Of a stretch of DNA of 32,000 bases, positions 24,671 through 30,672 are shown one piece after another; position 1 is the first letter of the stretch, and every line of letters starts with the position of its first letter. Under the pieces are notes generated by a model. The model saw nothing but the letters and a program-made list of their open reading frames with translations, was not told the DNA's origin and did not search any database. The position numbers and the translations under genes are program-made. This DNA is from Sinorhizobium meliloti. GTDB taxonomy: Bacteria > Pseudomonadota > Alphaproteobacteria > Rhizobiales > Rhizobiaceae. The stretch lies in assembly GCF_017876815.1 (NCBI RefSeq), contig NZ_JAGIOS010000002.1, positions 120,001 to 152,000 on the forward strand, written 5' to 3'.

Positions 24671-26224
24671 TTATTGCTGTTGCTCCGGTGATCCCTGTTC
24701 CGTAGCCCTCGGCAGAGTAGCGGGCGCGACATCGGTCTGCGGCGGCTCCGGAGGCGTGGTACCAGCTGCGGGAGGAGCGGCCCCTCCGGCTGTTCCTCCT
24801 GTCTCACCCGCCGGTGGGCTGGCTTCGCTGGTGACCGGGCTATCCCTCTGACCGTCCGTACCGACAGGGCCCGGCGTCACCCTGCCGTCGGCTCCGGCGA
24901 CGCGCCAGACGGTGTTGCCGGCGTCGTCGGCAACGAGCAGCGCCCCGGTCCCGTCGATCGCTACGCCGACCGGACGACCGCGTGCCTGATCGCCTTCGAT
25001 GAAGCCGGTCACGATGTCCTGAGCCTTTCCGGCCGGCCGGCCGTTTTCGAAGGGGACATAGACGACCTTGTAACCGTTGAAGCTGCTGCGGTTCCAGCTC
25101 CCGTGCTCGCCTATGAAGGCGCCGTTGGCGAAGGGCTCCGGCAAGGCGGAGCCGTTGGAGAAGACCAGACCCAGGGCGGCGACGTGGCTGGAAAGGGCGT
25201 AGTCCGGCGGGATCGCTTTCTCGACCATGTCCGGCCGCGGCGGATGGACCCGCTCGTCCACATGGGCGCCGAAATAGCTCCATGGCCAGCCGTAGAAGGC
25301 GCCTTCCTGCACCGAAGTCATGTAGTCCGGCACGAGATTCGGCCCCAGTTCGTCACGCTCGTTGACGACCGTCCAGAGCACGCCGGTCTCGGGATGGAAG
25401 ATCAGCCCGTTCGGATTGCGCAGGCCGGACGCGAAGACGCGGGCCGCACCCGTTTCCCGATCTACCTGCCAGATTGCAGCACGGCCTTTCTCGGCCTCGA
25501 GCCCGCGCTCGGCTACGTTCGAGTTGGAGCCGACGGAGGCATAGAGGTAGCGCCCGTCGGGGCTGAGGGCCAGGTCCTTGGTCCAGTGATGGTTGATCGG
25601 GCCACCCGGAAGCGGCGTAAGAACCCGCGGCTCGCCGGTGATCTCCGCCTGCCCGAGCTGGTAGGGGTAGGCAAGGATTGCATCGGCTGCCGCCACGTAA
25701 AGCGTTCCGTCGTGCCACGCAACTCCGAAAGGAGAATGGAGCCCTGTCAGCAGGTCGTGGCGTTCGTCCACCGTTCCGTCGCGATCGGTGTCGCGGAGCA
25801 GCGTGATCAGGTTGCTTTCCTTTTCGGGTCCGGCACCACCGCCATGGGCCATGGACATGACCCAACCTCGGATCATGTCCTTCGGACGCTCTATCGGCTT
25901 GCCCGAGGGTTCGCGCGATTGAACGACGAGAACGTCGCCGTTCGGCAGCGTATGGACGGTCCTCGGATTGGCAAGGTCCTTCGCGTAGGCGGCAATGACG
26001 AGATTGTCGGGAACGCTCGGTGTCTTGCCGTCCTGCCAGCCGACGACCTCGGCGACTTTCATGTCCGGCAGGAGCTCCGATGTCGGTTCCGGCAGGACCG
26101 GATCGGGGCCGATCTGCTGCGAGACATCGAAATCCGCGCCGTCATCGCTGCAGCCTGCGAGCGCCAGGAGGAGAAGGCCGGTTCCGATGAAGAATCTTGC
26201 ACCCAAGAAGGCAGAGCTATTCAT
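24671..26224 (-). CDS. PQQ-dependent sugar (sorbosone/glucose) dehydrogenase family lipoprotein with a Pro/Thr/Gly-rich C-terminal tail
   Basis: 517 aa with lipobox LLALAG|C. Beta-propeller family blocks are present (HSPFG.AW.DG.LYVA, INHHWTKDLA, GSNSNV, GLRNPNGL.FHP.TG.LW..VNERDELG...VPDY, GAFYGWPW). Its start overlaps the upstream DUF2231 stop by 8 nt. Confidence 0.8.
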   Translation of the reverse strand: MNSSAFLGARFFIGTGLLLLALAGCSDDGADFDVSQQIGPDPVLPEPTSELLPDMKVAEVVGWQDGKTPSVPDNLVIAAYAKDLANPRTVHTLPNGDVLVVQSREPSGKPIERPKDMIRGWVMSMAHGGGAGPEKESNLITLLRDTDRDGTVDERHDLLTGLHSPFGVAWHDGTLYVAAADAILAYPYQLGQAEITGEPRVLTPLPGGPINHHWTKDLALSPDGRYLYASVGSNSNVAERGLEAEKGRAAIWQVDRETGAARVFASGLRNPNGLIFHPETGVLWTVVNERDELGPNLVPDYMTSVQEGAFYGWPWSYFGAHVDERVHPPRPDMVEKAIPPDYALSSHVAALGLVFSNGSALPEPFANGAFIGEHGSWNRSSFNGYKVVYVPFENGRPAGKAQDIVTGFIEGDQARGRPVGVAIDGTGALLVADDAGNTVWRVAGADGRVTPGPVGTDGQRDSPVTSEASPPAGETGGTAGGAAPPAAGTTPPEPPQTDVAPATLPRATEQGSPEQQQ

Positions 26225-26669
26225 AACCGCTCACTCCGGATTGCCTGCGATAGAGGGTGGCGCGGCCAAGCAAAGCGAAGAGGATCGTCAGAAGCACCGT
26301 CGCCGCGGAGAGGATCAACCCGTAGGGCACCACAGCCGTCCAGCCATCGGCGGCATGGACGAGGTTGTTGACGAAGGCGAGGCCGAAGACGAGGATGTAG
26401 CCGACGACATGGAGCCAAACCGCCCCTTGCCTGCGTCGCTCCCTTCGAAACAGGAACTCCAACACACTGGCTAGACCGGCGATCACGCCGGCGATGATAC
26501 CGGCAAAGAGCAGCCAGGCGGAGAAGTTCTGCCACATGAGATGTCCCGTCTGCCAGAAGGCGATATCAGTCAGAAGGGCGAGCGTAAAACAGACGACTGG
26601 AAACGGCACGAGCAACGAATGGACCGGGGTGGTGACGGTCGCGGCAGTCGATGCGGAATTCAGGCTCAT
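26217..26669 (-). CDS. DUF2231-family membrane protein (paralogue 2)
   Basis: 150 aa with the VHSLLVPFPVVCF motif and four predicted TM helices. SD AGGAGG lies 5 nt from ATG 26669. Confidence 0.75.
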   Translation of the reverse strand: MSLNSASTAATVTTPVHSLLVPFPVVCFTLALLTDIAFWQTGHLMWQNFSAWLLFAGIIAGVIAGLASVLEFLFRRERRRQGAVWLHVVGYILVFGLAFVNNLVHAADGWTAVVPYGLILSAATVLLTILFALLGRATLYRRQSGVSGYE

Positions 26670-26697
26670 CGGTGCCTCCTGTTCGGTCGACGGTTGA

Positions 26698-26722
26698 AAC
26701 CTCGGGCCTGCCTATTTGTTCC
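26698..26722 (-). promoter_or_regulatory. EcfG/RpoE2-like promoter motif upstream of the DUF2231-dehydrogenase operon
   Basis: The minus strand reads GGAAC (26722-26718), N16, GGTT (26701-26698). The GTT is at canonical spacing. It lies about 28 nt upstream of ATG 26669. Confidence 0.4.
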
Positions 26723-26779
26723 GTGAGCGGTCCGCGTCGGGTGGTTCGGCCGGCTTCGCAACCACAGGAGGTGCGGATT

Positions 26780-26806
26780 GGAACCATGAAGCACCCCAAA
26801 CAGTTT
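26780..26806 (+). promoter_or_regulatory. Weak EcfG-like motif upstream of the oxidase operon
   Basis: GGAAC (26780-26784), N17, AGTT (26802-26805). One position off consensus in the -10 element and at the longer spacing. It lies 113 nt upstream of ATG 26919. Confidence 0.25.
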
Positions 26807-26918
26807 CGCCTTGCGACACGGTCTTTCGATGCCGTGTTTCGACCGGCCGCCTGCGCCGGCGACCTTTCTGAAACCTGACCGTCGCGGTCTTGGTCAGCCG
26901 CTCGGAGGAGGGGGAGTG

Positions 26919-27500
26919 ATGGGGCCGTTGGCGACGCATATGGCAGTGCATATCCTGCTGATGAACCTCGCCGCGCCCCTGGCTGCATTCGCCGTGACGC
27001 GGGTTCGGCTGCAGCGGCGGGAAATCGCCGGGTGGGCCCTGGCGCTTGCGACATTTGCGCAGATCGCCGCCCTCTGGGCCTGGCATGCGCCGCCTTCTCT
27101 CAACCGGGCACTGGAATTTCCCACGGTTCATTTGCTGATGAATGCCAGCCTGTTCCTGACCGCATTCCTATTCTGGCGGGTGGTCCTGCGTCTTCATGGT
27201 CAACGCTCCTGGCAACCGATCGTCGCCCTTCTGATAACCAGCAAGCTCTATTGTCTTCTCGCCGTGCTCTTCGTCTTCGCGCCGAGAGCGCTCTACCCCG
27301 CTTTCGCTGCATCCCACGCGGCGCATGCGACCGGAGCCGTGAACGCCACTTTGGCCGATCAGCAGCTCGCGGGGCTTATCATGCTGGTCGCCTGTCCGGT
27401 GACCTATGTTCTCGCAGGGATCGTGATTGCTGCGCGCTGGCTTCTGACGATGGAGAAAGACGAGGCCGGATCCAGAACAGGTGCAGCGGCGTGGACCTGA
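26919..27500 (+). CDS. Cytochrome c oxidase assembly factor, caa3-type CtaG-like membrane protein
   Basis: The ORF track gives 26811..27500. I trimmed it to ATG 26919, which is preceded by GGAGGAGGGGGA. N-terminal HMAVHILLMNLAAPL motif and a polytopic profile. It is shorter than Bacillus CtaG, so the assignment is tentative. Confidence 0.55.
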   Translation: MGPLATHMAVHILLMNLAAPLAAFAVTRVRLQRREIAGWALALATFAQIAALWAWHAPPSLNRALEFPTVHLLMNASLFLTAFLFWRVVLRLHGQRSWQPIVALLITSKLYCLLAVLFVFAPRALYPAFAASHAAHATGAVNATLADQQLAGLIMLVACPVTYVLAGIVIAARWLLTMEKDEAGSRTGAAAWT

Positions 27501-28615
27501 GAAACCTGCACTGGACGGCCGTTGCGAAAATCGTCGGGCTCGGCGCCGTGCTGCTCGTGGCCGCGGGCGTCGTGTTCGTCTGGTCCGGGGTCTACAACGT
27601 CGCGGCCTCCAAGGACCATCTGCGGATTACGACCTGGATCCTGACGTTGATCCGCGAACGATCGATCGCCAACCGAAGCTTTACGATCGAGGTTCCGCCG
27701 CTCGATGACGACGGCATGATCCGACTTGGGGCATCCCATTTCGAAGGTGCGTGCGTAGCGTGCCACAACCGCCCCGGCGAAGAGATAAACCCGATCGTCA
27801 GCGGCATGCTGCCCCCGCCTCCGGATCTGATGGACATCGGCAAGCGCCGCCCGCCGGAGGAGATCTTCTGGATCGTCAAGCACGGCCTCAAATATACCGG
27901 CATGCCCGCATGGCCGAATACGCGGCGCGACGACGAGGTCTGGGCCGTCACGGCATTCCTCGCGAGCCTGCCCGCAACGGCAGGCAATTATCGCGAACTG
28001 GCAGGCCTCACGCGCAGCCAGGCCAGTAGCGATGAGCGATCCGTGGGCGGCAGCGCATTGACCGCCTGCGGGCGCTGCCATGAACGCGAAGGCACAGGCA
28101 CGAACGGCGACCGTATCCCGCGGCTCGCGGGGTTACCGGAAGCCTATCTCCTGCGCAGCCTCCAGGAATATGCGAAGGGGACCCGCCCGAGCGGTGCCAT
28201 GGAGCCGGTCGCCGACCTTCTGTCGGAGGACGCCATGCGGGAGCTGGCAGCGTATTATTCCGCGCTTCGGCCAACCGCCGGAAATCAATCGGCGCCTCCT
28301 GATCCCGAGCAACTCAGGCGTGGCGAAGCCATTGCCAATCGCGGCATCGCGCATCAGGGCGTACCGGCCTGCCTGAGCTGCCATTCCGGACGTCAATCGC
28401 AGCAGTTTCCGGTGCTCGCCGGCCAGCATGCCGAGTACATACAGGAGCAGATACGGCTCTGGCGGCGCGGAGGGCGGATCGGGACCCCTTATGGGAGGAT
28501 CATGACGGCGGTTGCCGGCGCACTGGACGAGGCGCAGATCGAAGACGTCGCCGCCTATCTGGGTTCACTGCCTCCGGGAAGCGCCACGGCTCCGATGACG
28601 GAGGTGAACCGATGA
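27491..28615 (+). CDS. Membrane-anchored trihaem c-type cytochrome (N-terminal monohaem domain plus c4-like dihaem module)
   Basis: The ORF track gives 27032..28615. I trimmed it to GTG 27491 (MDLRNLHW...), with AGGTG 8 nt upstream, overlapping ctaG by 10 nt. One TM helix, then three CxxCH motifs (CVACH, CGRCH, CLSCH). The c4-type motif PVLAGQHAEYI is present. Confidence 0.8.
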   Translation: MDLRNLHWTAVAKIVGLGAVLLVAAGVVFVWSGVYNVAASKDHLRITTWILTLIRERSIANRSFTIEVPPLDDDGMIRLGASHFEGACVACHNRPGEEINPIVSGMLPPPPDLMDIGKRRPPEEIFWIVKHGLKYTGMPAWPNTRRDDEVWAVTAFLASLPATAGNYRELAGLTRSQASSDERSVGGSALTACGRCHEREGTGTNGDRIPRLAGLPEAYLLRSLQEYAKGTRPSGAMEPVADLLSEDAMRELAAYYSALRPTAGNQSAPPDPEQLRRGEAIANRGIAHQGVPACLSCHSGRQSQQFPVLAGQHAEYIQEQIRLWRRGGRIGTPYGRIMTAVAGALDEAQIEDVAAYLGSLPPGSATAPMTEVNR

Positions 28616-29595
28616 GGCTCGCCCGATATTTCGCGGCGGCGAGCGCTCTCGCGCTGCAGGGCTGCGCCGGACTGCAGTCCGCCCTCGATCCTTCCGGCGC
28701 GGAAGCCGAGCGCATCGGCACGCTCAGTTGGCTGCTGGTCCTCTTCTCGACCGCCATTCTCGTCGCGGTCTGCCTGATCACGGCGGTCGCGCTTTTCGGC
28801 GGTGAGCGCTGGCGTGCCCGCATCGCGGGCGAAAGGATAGTCATCGGGGGCGGGCTCGTTTTCCCGATCCTGGCTCTCAGCGTCCTGCTGATTTACGGCT
28901 TCTACCTTATGTCACCTGGCACCACCGAGGCCCGCTCGCAGGGCGCATTGCGCATCGAGGTCGTGGGCGAGCGCTGGTGGTGGCGGGTGACCTATGTGGA
29001 CGAGGCCGGACGCCGCATCGAGAGCGCCAACGAAATCCGGCTGCCTGTCGGGCGGCCGGTGGAATTGGAACTGACATCGGCAGACGTTATTCACAGCTTC
29101 TGGGTGCCGCGGCTCGCCGGAAAGCTCGACATGATTCCCGGCCATACCAACACGCTGACGCTTCAAGCGACGAAGGCCGGTATCAGTCGCGGCCAATGTG
29201 CGGAGTATTGCGGCGGCCCGCATGCCTTCATGTCCTTTTACGTGATCGCCATGCCGGAAGACCAGTTTTCGTCCTGGCTCGCAGGCGAAGCCGGCGACGC
29301 CTCGGCTGCGAAGCCGGATCAGGCCGCAGGGCAGGCGCTTTTCCTCTCCTCCGGCTGCGCCGCATGCCACCGGGTCCGCGGCACGGATGCCCGGGGTACG
29401 ATCGGCCCCGACCTCACGCATGTGGGCAGCCGGCACTCGCTTGCCGCCGCGACGCTCGAAAACGACGTCGCCGCCTTCGTCCGCTGGATCCGCGACGGCC
29501 AGCACGTGAAGCCGGAAAATCTGATGCCGCCATTCGAAATCTTCACCGACGACGAATTGCGGCAGCTCGCCGCCTATCTGGACCAGTTGAGGTGA
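28612..29595 (+). CDS. coxB: Cytochrome c oxidase subunit II with a fused C-terminal cytochrome c domain (caa3-like)
   Basis: CuA ligands HSFWVP and CAEYCGGPHAFM. C-terminal CAACH haem c motif. ATGA start/stop overlap with the upstream cytochrome gene. Confidence 0.9.
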   Translation: MRLARYFAAASALALQGCAGLQSALDPSGAEAERIGTLSWLLVLFSTAILVAVCLITAVALFGGERWRARIAGERIVIGGGLVFPILALSVLLIYGFYLMSPGTTEARSQGALRIEVVGERWWWRVTYVDEAGRRIESANEIRLPVGRPVELELTSADVIHSFWVPRLAGKLDMIPGHTNTLTLQATKAGISRGQCAEYCGGPHAFMSFYVIAMPEDQFSSWLAGEAGDASAAKPDQAAGQALFLSSGCAACHRVRGTDARGTIGPDLTHVGSRHSLAAATLENDVAAFVRWIRDGQHVKPENLMPPFEIFTDDELRQLAAYLDQLR

Positions 29596-29598
29596 CCT

Positions 29599-30672
29599 AT
29601 GCTTGACTTCGCCGGCCTTGGACTTTGGCTGAATCTCGCGATTTTCGCGGGGGCGGCCGTGGCAGTCTGGATGGCAGGAGTCAAAATCACTGGTTATGCC
29701 AATGCGATCAGCGAGAAGACGGGAGTAGGCCAAGCCTTCATTGGCGTCGTGCTTCTCGGCGGCATCACTTCCCTGCCGGAGCTGGCGGTAGGCGTGACCT
29801 CGTCGCTCAGCGGTGACGCCAGTCTCGCGGTCAACAGCATCCTCGGCGGCATCGCCATGCAGGTGGCGATCCTCGCCCTTGCCGACATGCTGATCGGCCG
29901 CCGGGCACTGACCTCGGTCATTCCCGACCCGGTCGTCATGCTGCAGGGCGGATTCAAAATCCTTCTCCTGTCGATCGTCGCCGCCTCGATCGTGGTGGGC
30001 GACGTGCCGGTGCTTTTCTCGGGCCTGTGGATGTGGCTGCTTGCAGCGGTCACGGGCTTCGGCATGTGGGTCTTGTCACGGACGCAGCGCGACAGGCCCT
30101 GGATAGCGAATGACGAGGAGGTCACGCCGGAGAAGGAGGAAGAGAGGGCGCGGAAGGAGGCCGAGGACAGCAAGAAGAAATCGCTGCGTGAGGTGGGCTG
30201 GGCGACTGCGGGCTGCGGCGCCGTCATCATCGTCGCAGGCTATCTGCTGTCGCGTTCGGGAGACGCGATCGCCGAAGCGACCGGACTCGGCCAGAGCTTC
30301 ATCGGTGCGGTCCTCGTGGCGATTGCCACGTCGCTGCCGGAAGTCAGCACGGTGTTCAGCGCCACGCGTGCCGGCCTCTATACCATGGCCATGTCGGACA
30401 TCTTCGGCACGAACCTCATAGATCTGTCCCTTCTTTTCATCATCGATGTCACCGGAGGTGCCGACGCGGTGATGAACGGCGCCGGGCGCTTCGAGGCGTT
30501 TGCAGCGCTGATCGCGATCACGGTCACGGCGATCTTCTTCATCGGACTGGTCGAACGGCGGGACCGGACAATCCTCAGGATGGGTTACGACTCCTTTGCG
30601 GTCCTCAGCGTTTACCTGGCGGGGCTGGTCGTCCTCTATTTCCTGCGCGACACTGGCGGTGGAGGCGGATGA
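29599..30672 (+). CDS. CaCA-superfamily (Na+/Ca2+ exchanger / YrbG-like) cation antiporter
   Basis: 357 aa with a 5+5 TM layout. Two alpha-repeat signatures, GGITSLPEL and IATSLPEV, are separated by a charged loop (EEVTPEKEEERARKEAEDSKKK). It starts 3 nt after the coxB stop, with GAGG as SD. Its stop overlaps the ctaD start (ATGATG). Confidence 0.8.
   Translation: MLDFAGLGLWLNLAIFAGAAVAVWMAGVKITGYANAISEKTGVGQAFIGVVLLGGITSLPELAVGVTSSLSGDASLAVNSILGGIAMQVAILALADMLIGRRALTSVIPDPVVMLQGGFKILLLSIVAASIVVGDVPVLFSGLWMWLLAAVTGFGMWVLSRTQRDRPWIANDEEVTPEKEEERARKEAEDSKKKSLREVGWATAGCGAVIIVAGYLLSRSGDAIAEATGLGQSFIGAVLVAIATSLPEVSTVFSATRAGLYTMAMSDIFGTNLIDLSLLFIIDVTGGADAVMNGAGRFEAFAALIAITVTAIFFIGLVERRDRTILRMGYDSFAVLSVYLAGLVVLYFLRDTGGGGG

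Noticed and set aside
25103-26371. 422-aa ORF antisense to the PQQ-type dehydrogenase.
   Set aside because: It is a shadow ORF. The minus-strand product has a lipobox and family motifs throughout.
26771-26878. Small ORF in the divergent intergenic region (GTG 26771 or ATG 26786, MKHPKQFRLATRSF...).
   Set aside because: The GGAGG is either fused to the GTG or 14 nt from the ATG. The peptide has no hydrophobic or conserved features, and the region is better explained as promoter and leader DNA.
26670-26918. Search for an FNR/FixK box (TTGAT-N4-ATCAA) upstream of the alternative oxidase.
   Set aside because: No TTGAT or ATCAA half-site pair is present in this interval on either strand.
27032-27490. 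5' extension of the trihaem cytochrome ORF.
   Set aside because: It lies wholly inside the CtaG-like gene in another frame and is Arg/Pro-rich. The TM anchor and haem domains begin after GTG 27491.
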